From contig JBPCUO010000026.1 in the NCBI GenBank assembly GCA_051011135.1, forward strand, positions 1 to 44,728: a stretch of 44,728 nucleotides of DNA. The letters run 5' to 3'. Position numbers and translations under genes: made by a program. This DNA comes from Bdellovibrionales bacterium. Its GTDB lineage: Bacteria > Bdellovibrionota > Bdellovibrionia > Bdellovibrionales > UBA1609. This document shows positions 1-8,081 of this stretch, piece by piece. Under the pieces are notes generated by a model. It worked only from the letters and a program-made list of their open reading frames with translations. It was not told the DNA's origin and searched no databases. Every line of letters begins with the position of its first letter. Positions within the stretch are counted from its first letter, which is position 1.

Positions 1-2
1 GC

Positions 3-962
3 CAAAGAGATCGAACTTTTTTAGAAGTTTTAAATCTTTATGAAAAAGAAAAAATGCCTTTGTTTGCCAAATCCACTCAAGATACTTTTTTTGGAAAGTT
101 AATTTATCTTTCTGAAAGTCCTTTAACGCAAGTTCGGATTCAAGATTTAAGATCTGAACATATTGATATGTGGTTGGATTGGATTAAAGTTCATCCTAGG
201 GTGGATCACAAAAAAAGAAAAACTTTTGTTCAAGAATTAAAACTTCTGGGCCATGTGCTTCATTGGTATCATCACTTCCATGATTCGTCTTTTGTTGTAC
301 CTATTACAAGAAGACATAAATTAAAATGTTTTTACAAACGAATTGTACCGAGACGACCTGATTATTATATGAAACCTAGAGATGTTCGAAAATGGATCAA
401 GTGGTTGAAAAAAAGAAGAACTCCTGTCTATTGGAGATTAGCGAGTTTTATGGTTTTAACAGGAGTTCGAGTCGGTGAAGCTTGTGGACTCAAATGGGAT
501 GCTTTGGATTTAAAAAGAGGAGTTGTTAATATCTTTCGTATTGTAGGCTGGGAGAGATGTTCTAAAAAACCTTATCTAGAAGACAGAGTTAAAACCAATC
601 AATCTTTTAGAACGCTGGTTTTACCAAAAACAATTGTTGAAATGCTAAGAGAGATGAAAAAAGAAAACCCTCGACAACAACTTGTATTTGCAGATGCTAA
701 AGGAAATTTATTAAACTACACTGCCGTTAGAGATGCTTTTACAAGAGGTTTTAAATCTGTAGGACTTCCGTGGAAAGGAACGCATATTTGTCGTCACACT
801 TATGCAACAATGGCTTTGTATGCCACAAGAGATATCTCTTCTGTACAAGCTCATCTAGGACATACAACATCACAGATGACAGAAAAATATGCCAAACTTG
901 CTAAGATGATTTCTTCTAAAACCGCTGAGAAAACAGCAAAGGTGTTTGATTTATTTTTATAA
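3..962 (+). CDS. Tyrosine recombinase / site-specific integrase (5' end probably outside window)
   Basis: Catalytic set present: TGVRVGE (R), HICRH (HxxR), LGH, TEKY (Y). Frame is open from position 3 to the ATG at 54, so the true start may lie upstream of the window. Confidence 0.9.
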   Translation, partial: QRDRTFLEVLNLYEKEKMPLFAKSTQDTFFGKLIYLSESPLTQVRIQDLRSEHIDMWLDWIKVHPRVDHKKRKTFVQELKLLGHVLHWYHHFHDSSFVVPITRRHKLKCFYKRIVPRRPDYYMKPRDVRKWIKWLKKRRTPVYWRLASFMVLTGVRVGEACGLKWDALDLKRGVVNIFRIVGWERCSKKPYLEDRVKTNQSFRTLVLPKTIVEMLREMKKENPRQQLVFADAKGNLLNYTAVRDAFTRGFKSVGLPWKGTHICRHTYATMALYATRDISSVQAHLGHTTSQMTEKYAKLAKMISSKTAEKTAKVFDLFL

Positions 963-1069
963 TTTTTATTAAAGGGGGAAGATTATTTTTCAAAATTTAA
1001 TAGGTGTTCGTTTTTTATAAAGATTTCTAAAAAACTAACTAAGGCTTATAAAAATTGCAAAATAAATTA

Positions 1070-1303
1070 TTACTGAATGCTATGATTTTTCACTCGAACT
1101 AAAGTCATGCAGTTATGGCATTGAGCTCGCTCAACTGCAAAACGAGTTGAAGGAATATGCTCCACATAAGTATCTAAAGAATGTCCACACAAGTAACATT
1201 CGTTTTGTATTTTTAAAAAACTTATTTTTGAATCTTTTGGACTTAGCTTTTGATGAGCTTGATCCATAGAAATATCTTTTTTTAAAGTTGCACTTTTATC
1301 CAT
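1070..1303 (-). CDS. Small zinc-ribbon protein (two CxxC), hypothetical
   Basis: CYLC...CHNC motifs. Start moved from 1363 to ATG 1303, which has AGGAGG 6 nt upstream and a sigma54-type promoter further up. Confidence 0.7.
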   Translation of the reverse strand: MDKSATLKKDISMDQAHQKLSPKDSKISFLKIQNECYLCGHSLDTYVEHIPSTRFAVERAQCHNCMTLVRVKNHSIQ

Positions 1304-1346
1304 CTCAATCCTCCTGATGCTGAAAAATCCATCTACAATAAAATTA

Positions 1347-1362
1347 TGCAAACTGGATTCCA
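1347..1362 (-). promoter_or_regulatory. Sigma54-type -24/-12 promoter
   Basis: Minus strand TGGAATCCAGTTTGCA = GG-N10-GC with TTGCA, about 45 nt upstream of ATG 1303. Confidence 0.55.
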
Positions 1363-1417
1363 AAACAGGGTCAGGGAGGTCTAGTTTTTAAAAGATTTTA
1401 AAAGCTGTGAAAAAAGA

Positions 1418-2041
1418 TTATGTTTTTCGAGCTGCGTAGTACTCTGTAAAAAGTCCCGTATTAAAAGGAAAAGGAATATGCTCAACACCTGGCTCTGCTT
1501 GAACCACTCCTACAATTTGTCCCTTTTTCTCTTCTTTTCTAAGAAAATCAGGAAGTTCTAAGCGAGGACTTTGTAAGCCTTGAAGTACATTTTGGTTTTT
1601 TTGAGATTTATCTCGAACGGAAACCTCTTGATTGGGTTTCATCACAAAAGACGGCGAATTCACCTTCTTTCCATCAACCAAAATATGCCCATGAGTCACT
1701 AATTGACGAGCCGCCATCATACTAGGCGCAAAACCTACACGAAAAATGACATTATCTAGTCGTCTTTCGAGCAAAGATGCCAATTTATTGACCCAATGAG
1801 TGCTTTGTCCCTTTTTAGCATTATGGATAAAGCGTCTCAGTTGCTTTTCTTTTAATACATAATTTTGTCTTAATTTTTGTTTTTCCTCTAATCGAAGAGC
1901 ATAATCGGAATACTTTTTTCTTTTATTCCCACTTTCTCCCGGAGGATAAGGGCGACGATCTAAAGCACCTGACTTCCCTAAACCTGGAAGTTCCGTCCCT
2001 AATCGTCTTTGTATTTTAAATCTTGGCTTTCTTAATGCCAT
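1418..2041 (-). CDS. rpsD: 30S ribosomal protein S4 (Cys-free type)
   Basis: RRPYPPG, SDYALRLEEKQKLR, LERRLDNVIFRVGFA, AARQLVTHGHILVDGKKV. Start at ATG 2041 with GGAG upstream. Confidence 0.97.
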   Translation of the reverse strand: MALRKPRFKIQRRLGTELPGLGKSGALDRRPYPPGESGNKRKKYSDYALRLEEKQKLRQNYVLKEKQLRRFIHNAKKGQSTHWVNKLASLLERRLDNVIFRVGFAPSMMAARQLVTHGHILVDGKKVNSPSFVMKPNQEVSVRDKSQKNQNVLQGLQSPRLELPDFLRKEEKKGQIVGVVQAEPGVEHIPFPFNTGLFTEYYAARKT

Positions 2042-2155
2042 ATTTCTCCAAAACAAATATTACAAGGCTCTTTATATAAGTTTTATTTTCAAATTTGTCT
2101 AGTCAAAAATAGAAACTTGTCATCAAGGACTTCTCTATGATAAGTGTAAGCCCTT

Positions 2156-2497
2156 ATGAAAAAAGACATTCATCCAAAAACTCAAGAAGTTGTTTTTAAA
2201 GACGCTTCCACAGGGTTTCAAATCATTACAACATCGACTGTTTACACAAAAGACAAAATCGAAGTGAATGGAAAAACCTATCCTTGTGTGAATTTTGATG
2301 TATCCAGCTCTTCTCATCCTTTTTATACAGGAAAACAAAGGCTTTTAGATACAGAAGGCCGAGCAGAAAGATTTATGAAGAAATATAAAATTTTTGGCGC
2401 TGGTAAAACACCAGGCGCTAGTAAAGCGCCAGAAAAAAACCCTAACCCAGAAGAGAAAGCTAAAACTCCCACAAAAGACGATAATTCTAAAAAGTGA
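2156..2497 (+). CDS. rpmE2: 50S ribosomal protein L31 type B with C-terminal low-complexity extension
   Basis: MKKDIHP...VVFKD...DVSSSSHPFYTGKQR...GRAERF; no CxxC Zn ligands. Confidence 0.95.
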   Translation: MKKDIHPKTQEVVFKDASTGFQIITTSTVYTKDKIEVNGKTYPCVNFDVSSSSHPFYTGKQRLLDTEGRAERFMKKYKIFGAGKTPGASKAPEKNPNPEEKAKTPTKDDNSKK

Positions 2498-2555
2498 AAA
2501 TCTCTTAAATTTTTTAATTCTATATTTCTAAATTTGTTTTTGGTAAAATCAAAAT

Positions 2556-3392
2556 ATGAAATGGCAATGGATTTTTTTTCTTTTTCTAATTAACTGTGAC
2601 AGTACTAATGTTTCTAATCCCACTCAAGCTATTAAACCAATTTGTTCTTCTGAGCGAAAAGTACTTACTTTCGAAAATTTATGTAACTATCCAAAAGCTA
2701 AATCTCAACATGCTTATACTAATCATTGGAAAAGTTGGGCGTTTTTTAAAACTCCTTGTAATGGTTCTAACTATAGTAACTTAGCGATAGGAATTGTATC
2801 CTTTGGATTCAAGGGTATCTATGTCAGTTTAGATACTGTTCATATAAAAGCCTGGGCTAATCAAGATTTTTCTTATGCAGGTGAAGTTGTTAATTTACAA
2901 AACTCCTCTATAAAAGTAGGAGCTTTTCAATCCAAATATAGTTTTTATGATAAACATGGAGAACATGTTTCTCCTTATCGATTAGATAATCGAGGTCGTT
3001 TTGAATATGGAAATACAAAATTAGTACAAAATGCTTCTGGTTTAACAAGAGTAGATCCGCGAAGTAATACTAATCAAGTTGTGTTTCTTCCCATCGTTGA
3101 CGATAAAGATGTTGTCCCTACTGCGTCTTATGCCATTAATCTTTTACTTAAAAATAATCAGTCTGGATCTACTATGCGTTTTGATGGGCCTGTTTTAAAA
3201 GACTTTGCAGCTCTATTGCAACAATCTCAAGCGCCTAACACGCAAGAGTTAGGTCTCGGTAAAATGTTAAATCCTGCTCATGAAGGCAGTATCTTTCGTT
3301 GGATTGCAAAAGGCAGAAAACATAACCTTTGCCGTCATAAAATTATAAGCCCTTCATACAGAAATATTCTAAACAATAGGCTCGGTTTATAA
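2556..3392 (+). CDS. Hypothetical exported protein, possible lipoprotein
   Basis: 278-aa ORF; short hydrophobic N-terminus ending in LINC (weak lipobox); no recognised domain. Confidence 0.6.
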   Translation: MKWQWIFFLFLINCDSTNVSNPTQAIKPICSSERKVLTFENLCNYPKAKSQHAYTNHWKSWAFFKTPCNGSNYSNLAIGIVSFGFKGIYVSLDTVHIKAWANQDFSYAGEVVNLQNSSIKVGAFQSKYSFYDKHGEHVSPYRLDNRGRFEYGNTKLVQNASGLTRVDPRSNTNQVVFLPIVDDKDVVPTASYAINLLLKNNQSGSTMRFDGPVLKDFAALLQQSQAPNTQELGLGKMLNPAHEGSIFRWIAKGRKHNLCRHKIISPSYRNILNNRLGL

Positions 3393-3436
3393 AAAAAATA
3401 TCTTAATATCTCCCTCCTATTTGTTATCCTAAATCT

Positions 3437-4009
3437 ATGATTGCTGGATTGTTTTTATTTTTAAAAGGTCTTTTACCTATCGCTTATTTTTTAAAAGGAC
3501 TAAACTTTTTTTTTGGAACTTTTTATAAATTTTCAAAAGGGATTCAAAAAATAGATTTTAATATCCAACTCCTAGATGATTTAAAATTACCCGATGGGCA
3601 TTTTTTAAAAGAAGTAGGTATTTTTGATATTAGAAATGCAGGTTACCCTTCTGTGTCTTTAAAAAATGATAAATCCAAAAATCCTTATCAAGCCATTACT
3701 CTTTATGCAGAACTTAGTTTTTCAAAAAGAATTTTAAGCCAAATCAAAAATAAACTTTTTAAAAGAAAAGAAAGTCACATTAAAGAACTTGCAATTCAAC
3801 TGAATGAAAAACAAGATCCTCAATCTAATGAAGTGTTTTTAAAAAAAGGAGATAAGATCCAAGTCTCTTTTAGTTATAAAAATTGTAAAGATTTTTTTAT
3901 AAATGGAAAATCTTTTTTTGTGGAAGATGTTTTTGGAGAAAGACATTACATAAGAAGAGGAAATATAAAACATATCCAAGAAGTTTTAACTCCTCTTGCT
4001 AAAAAATAA
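3437..4009 (+). CDS. Hypothetical protein with hydrophobic N-terminal anchor
   Basis: 190-aa ORF filling the gap; extended -10 (TGtTATCCT) 6 nt before ATG. Confidence 0.6.
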   Translation: MIAGLFLFLKGLLPIAYFLKGLNFFFGTFYKFSKGIQKIDFNIQLLDDLKLPDGHFLKEVGIFDIRNAGYPSVSLKNDKSKNPYQAITLYAELSFSKRILSQIKNKLFKRKESHIKELAIQLNEKQDPQSNEVFLKKGDKIQVSFSYKNCKDFFINGKSFFVEDVFGERHYIRRGNIKHIQEVLTPLAKK

Positions 4010-4045
4010 AGTTACAAACCTAAATAGGAATTGGGATAAAATAAT

Positions 4046-4960
4046 ATGCCTAGAACAAGAAGAGGTAAGCTCTTAAAAAAATTAAATAAAGATTTTTTTA
4101 AAGCTGTCAAAAAAGGTGATCTGGTTCTAATTCAATCTCTTATTAAACAAGGTGCGGATGTGAATGCTCGATCTTTTAGTTCGCTCTCATCGATCTGGGC
4201 AGTATTGATGTATGTTTTTGGGATTTCTAGATCTTCTAGTTGGTTCTCATCGAGCTGGACAGCATTGATGTATGCTGCTTGGAATAATAATAAAAAAGTT
4301 GCCAAAATCTTGTTGGAACATGGGGCGAATATCCATGCAAAAAATAATAAGGGACGAACAGCTTTAATGTTAGCTGCTTGGAGAGATCATGCAAGTTTTG
4401 CCAAAGTCTTGATCAAAAAGGGCGCTAAGGTGAATGCGAAAGATAATAAGGGACAAACAGCTTTTATGGAGGCTGCTTGGAAAGGTCATTTAAATTTTAT
4501 CAAATTCTTGATGGCACATGGTGCGAATATGAATGCGAAAGATAATAAGGGACGAACAGCTTTGAAGTTAGTTAGTAGTTTGAGATTTAATCCGCTGGAT
4601 GTCAGCAGAGATGCCTCTGATATATATCGAATAGTTCAATTTCTTCGCAAAGCAAGCACTACTAAAAATTATGAAGTTTATAAGGATGTAAAAAACAAAT
4701 GCAAAAGATGCAAAACAAAGATTACAAACCTCGAAGTAAAATCTTGCCCTTCTTGCGGGGTAAAAAATCCATTAAATAATCCTCACCCATTTATTGAGAT
4801 TCTTGTTTTTACTTTTGTTATCCTTAGTTTCATTGTATTGCTTGTCATAGCTTTTTGGGAACCATTTAAAGGAATAAAACTATTAATAGAGTTCTTGGTA
4901 GAATTATTAGTAGATAAAATAATACCTGCTGTTTCTCCCCTTCTTCCTTTCTCAAAATAG
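4046..4960 (+). CDS. Ankyrin-repeat protein with C-terminal Zn ribbon and transmembrane helix (copy 1)
   Basis: Repeats GRTALMLAA...LIKKGAKVNAKD; CKRC-x11-CPSC; hydrophobic helix ILVFTFVILSFIVLLVIAFW. Confidence 0.93.
   Translation: MPRTRRGKLLKKLNKDFFKAVKKGDLVLIQSLIKQGADVNARSFSSLSSIWAVLMYVFGISRSSSWFSSSWTALMYAAWNNNKKVAKILLEHGANIHAKNNKGRTALMLAAWRDHASFAKVLIKKGAKVNAKDNKGQTAFMEAAWKGHLNFIKFLMAHGANMNAKDNKGRTALKLVSSLRFNPLDVSRDASDIYRIVQFLRKASTTKNYEVYKDVKNKCKRCKTKITNLEVKSCPSCGVKNPLNNPHPFIEILVFTFVILSFIVLLVIAFWEPFKGIKLLIEFLVELLVDKIIPAVSPLLPFSK
4169..4288 (+). repeat. In-frame 60-nt tandem duplication within ankyrin gene
   Basis: 4169-4228 vs 4229-4288: 46/60 identical; single copy in the paralogue (from 5881). 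Confidence 0.9.
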
Positions 4961-5054
4961 TTAAAAAAATATCTGCTAGTTCTTCTTTTAAGTTTCAAAT
5001 TCAATTGCAGATTCATCTGTAATAATGAAAAGATTTTTGAATCTATGAATAACT

Positions 5055-5621
5055 CTAGAAATTTACAGAAAGACCTAGGGTTCCATTTAAGTTCAAATAG
5101 GTAACACTTGAATCATTTCCTGGAACATTTGAAGCTATCTTCAGATCAGATCCTAAAATAGAGTCAACTCGAAACACAACTGCTAATCGATTTAAAAAAT
5201 AATATCTCACTGAAGGAGAAATTCCAATCATCGGATGAGCAGAATATCTTCCAAGAGATCTACTGTGATTATAAGCGATACCAGTTTTGACGGACATAGA
5301 AGGAATCAATTTTCTCCGTTTGTTATTATTTATAAAATTATGTGTTGTGATTACACCAATAATTAAAAGATCAGAACTTAGTTCAGTAAAATATCCATAT
5401 TCAAAGTAACCAAAGTTTTTAGAATAAGACATTCCCATTCTGAATCGAGTAAACCCATTGAGAGTTAAAAAGTTTGTAGTTGATTTTAACTTTTTAATAT
5501 CACCTAGATCATAATGTATATGCCCTGCCCCTAAATAGATTGCAAAGTTATTGCTTCGTTTATTTTTATTTGCAAAACCTTGAAAGCAAAAAAAGATTGA
5601 TAATAAAATTAAAGATCTCAT
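5055..5621 (-). CDS. Putative small outer-membrane beta-barrel protein
   Basis: Signal peptide, alternating amphipathic strands rich in G/Y/F, C-terminal ...LNGTLGLSVNF (BAM-type terminal Phe). Confidence 0.65.
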   Translation of the reverse strand: MRSLILLSIFFCFQGFANKNKRSNNFAIYLGAGHIHYDLGDIKKLKSTTNFLTLNGFTRFRMGMSYSKNFGYFEYGYFTELSSDLLIIGVITTHNFINNNKRRKLIPSMSVKTGIAYNHSRSLGRYSAHPMIGISPSVRYYFLNRLAVVFRVDSILGSDLKIASNVPGNDSSVTYLNLNGTLGLSVNF

Positions 5622-5723
5622 AAATGACTTATCGGTTATTTGGCCTTTTAATCAAGGCAAAAACTCTTAATTCTCATATTGAGACTTTTGAAATAAAGCC
5701 TATATAGGGTTTCAAAACAAAGT

Positions 5724-5750
5724 TAAAAAACTAAAAATTGATTCCGATAA
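5724..5750 (+). promoter_or_regulatory. Sigma28 (FliA)-like promoter
   Basis: TAAA-N15-TCCGATAA vs consensus TAAA-N15-GCCGATAA; ends 7 nt before ATG 5758. Confidence 0.45.
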
Positions 5751-5757
5751 TAATAAT

Positions 5758-6585
5758 ATGCCTAGAACAAAAAGAGATAAACTCTTAAATCAATTAAATA
5801 AAGATCTTTTTGAATCTGTCAAAAAAGGTGATCTGGTTTTAACTCAATCTCTTATTAAAAAAGGTGCGAATGTGAATGGTAGATCTTCTCATTGGTTTTT
5901 TCCAAACTGGACAGTATTGATGTATGCAGCTTGGAAAGGATATACAAAATCTGCCAAAGTCTTGTTGGAGCATGGGGCTGATGTCCATGCAAAAAATAAT
6001 AAAGGACGGACAGCTTTAATGGTTGCTGCCAAAAATGATTATCTAAAATTTGCCAAAGTTTTAATTCAAAAAGGTGCAAGGGTTAATGAAACAGATCGTA
6101 AAGGACAGACAGCTTTAATCCATGCCGCTTGGAAAGGTCATTTAAATTTTATAAAATTCTTAATGGAACATGGCGGAAAGGTGAGCATCAGAGATAATAA
6201 GGGACGAACAGCTTCGAGATTAGCTTTTTACTCAAGTCTATTAGATTCTTTAACACGAAGTGGAAGAAGATATGGTCCATCTATTAGCATGACTGAAACG
6301 GTTCAATTTCTTCGTAAAGTAGGCACTACCAAAGATTATATAGCTAAACAAAAGGAAAAAAATAAATGCAAAAGATGCAAAACAAAGATTACAAATCTCG
6401 AAGTAAAATCTTGCCCTTATTGTAATGTAAAAAATCCATTAAATAGTCTTCACCCATTTCTTTCTCTTCTTATTAGCATTGGTTTTATTCTTGCATTTAT
6501 TTTTTTAATTGTAATTGAAGTCTTGGGTTGGTTTAAAATAGATGGAATGCAAATATTAATAGATTTCATACTAAAAAAACCGTAA
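5758..6585 (+). CDS. Ankyrin-repeat protein with C-terminal Zn ribbon and transmembrane helix (copy 2)
   Basis: Clear paralogue of 4046-4960; 6364-6418 matches 4697-4751 at 54/55 nt; CKRC...CPYC; C-terminal hydrophobic helix. Confidence 0.93.
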   Translation: MPRTKRDKLLNQLNKDLFESVKKGDLVLTQSLIKKGANVNGRSSHWFFPNWTVLMYAAWKGYTKSAKVLLEHGADVHAKNNKGRTALMVAAKNDYLKFAKVLIQKGARVNETDRKGQTALIHAAWKGHLNFIKFLMEHGGKVSIRDNKGRTASRLAFYSSLLDSLTRSGRRYGPSISMTETVQFLRKVGTTKDYIAKQKEKNKCKRCKTKITNLEVKSCPYCNVKNPLNSLHPFLSLLISIGFILAFIFLIVIEVLGWFKIDGMQILIDFILKKP

Positions 6586-6723
6586 TACACAAAAAAGAAT
6601 TTTTAGAAAAAAAACTATTACAATCTGTTTAAAAATAAGAAAATATCTCAAATTCCTAAAAAAATATTTAAAAAAAATCGAGATTATAGTAAGTTTAATA
6701 AAACAATTAAAAAGGAGAAATTT

Positions 6724-7374
6724 ATGAACAAAATGAAACAAACTTCTTATGCATTGGTCGCGTTGATCATGTTATTTACTTTATCCAACTCAGAAGCATT
6801 TCTTTGGGCATCAAATTCTCTTCTCATAAGAGCAGCTAAGAAAGGAAATGTATCTGAAGTGAAAAAATTACTAGCAGAAGGTGCGGATGTGAATGCGAGA
6901 GATAGTGATGGAAGAACGGCTTTACTAGCGACCATGTTATCGGTGGCAAAAGGAACGCCAGAAGAACAGCTCCAGATTATAAATATATTGCTGGCAGCAG
7001 GTGCAGATGTGAATGTAAGAGGTAATGATTTTGGAAAAACGGCTTTGATGAGATCCGTTGATCCATGGTCGCTTGGATCTGGAAATACCAGGATTATAAA
7101 TGTATTAATAGTAGCAGGTGCAGATCTGAACGCGAGAAGTAACTGGGGAAAAACGGCTTTAATGTATGCCGCCAGTAATTATCTCAAGGCTGTAAATGTA
7201 TTAATAGCAGCAGGTGCAGATGTGAATGCGAAAGATAATGATGGAAAAACAGCTTTAATGTATGCCGCTGGTTCATGGGCAAATGGAAATATCAGGATTG
7301 TAAATGCATTGCTGGCAGCAGGCGCAGATGTGAACGCAAAAGATAATAAGGGAAGAACTTACCTCGATTATTAA
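6724..7374 (+). CDS. Secreted ankyrin-repeat protein
   Basis: Signal peptide (...LSNSEA); about five repeats GKTALMYAA...LLAAGADVNAKD; AAGGAG RBS. Confidence 0.93.
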   Translation: MNKMKQTSYALVALIMLFTLSNSEAFLWASNSLLIRAAKKGNVSEVKKLLAEGADVNARDSDGRTALLATMLSVAKGTPEEQLQIINILLAAGADVNVRGNDFGKTALMRSVDPWSLGSGNTRIINVLIVAGADLNARSNWGKTALMYAASNYLKAVNVLIAAGADVNAKDNDGKTALMYAAGSWANGNIRIVNALLAAGADVNAKDNKGRTYLDY

Positions 7375-7424
7375 TTAAAATTGATAATAACAAATAAGCC
7401 TTTTGAGGCTTGAACTTATTCAAC

Positions 7425-7459
7425 AAAAAAAAAGACTACTTTAAAAGTAGTCTTTTTTT
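7425..7459. terminator. Bidirectional intrinsic terminator
   Basis: A-tract-GACTACTT-TAA-AAGTAGTC-T7 perfect hairpin between convergent ankyrin genes. Confidence 0.85.
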
Positions 7460-7484
7460 ATTTAAAATTATTTATTAATGTTTA

Positions 7485-8039
7485 TTAATTTCGATATGAA
7501 ATTAAAGCCTTTACGACATCTGAATGACCTGCTCTCTCAGCATATTTTAAAGCAGTATGTCCTACATTATCTCTAGCATTCACATCCGCTCCATTAGACA
7601 CTAAATAGTCTACTACTCTTAAAAAACCTCTATCCGCTGTTAACATTAAAGCAGTTCTTCCTTGTATATCTTGCTCATTTATATTCGCTCCTGCAGATAT
7701 TAAAAGAACTGTTAAAGCTATATAACCACCTGAAGATCCACCCATTAAAGCAGTATATCCTACATTATCTCTAGCATTCACATCCGCTCCAATAGCTACT
7801 AAATACTTTACCACATTGTAATAACCATCATAAGCCGCAAGCATTAAAGGAGTCTGTCCTTTTTTATTTCTTGCGTTCATATCTGCACCTTCCGATACAA
7901 GTGTGTTAGCAAGTTCTGCATTTCCTGTTCTAGCTGCTGTTAATAAGCATTGATTTTTAGTTTTAAATATACATGTTATCGATCCCCATGACGGGACTGA
8001 AAATAACAGAATATTTAAAATCATTAATTTTTTTAACAT
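7485..8039 (-). CDS. Secreted ankyrin-repeat protein
   Basis: Signal peptide (...VPSWG); repeats GQTPLMLAA, GADVNARDNVG x2; AGGAG RBS. Confidence 0.93.
   Translation of the reverse strand: MLKKLMILNILLFSVPSWGSITCIFKTKNQCLLTAARTGNAELANTLVSEGADMNARNKKGQTPLMLAAYDGYYNVVKYLVAIGADVNARDNVGYTALMGGSSGGYIALTVLLISAGANINEQDIQGRTALMLTADRGFLRVVDYLVSNGADVNARDNVGHTALKYAERAGHSDVVKALISYRN
7547..7791. repeat. Near-identical 47-nt direct repeat, 198 nt apart (two ankyrin units)
   Basis: 7547-7593 vs 7745-7791 differ at one base. Confidence 0.85.
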
Positions 8040-8081
8040 AATATTTTACTCCTATATTTTTTATTAATTTTTAATTACTTT

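Noticed and set aside
1042-1059. Sigma54-like site AGGCTTATAAAAATTGCA
   Set aside because: GG-GC spacing is 12 rather than 10, and it points into a convergent gene end.
4169-4288. Diversity-generating retroelement TR/VR pair
   Set aside because: Differences are not adenine-specific, the units are adjacent and both coding, and no reverse transcriptase is in the window.
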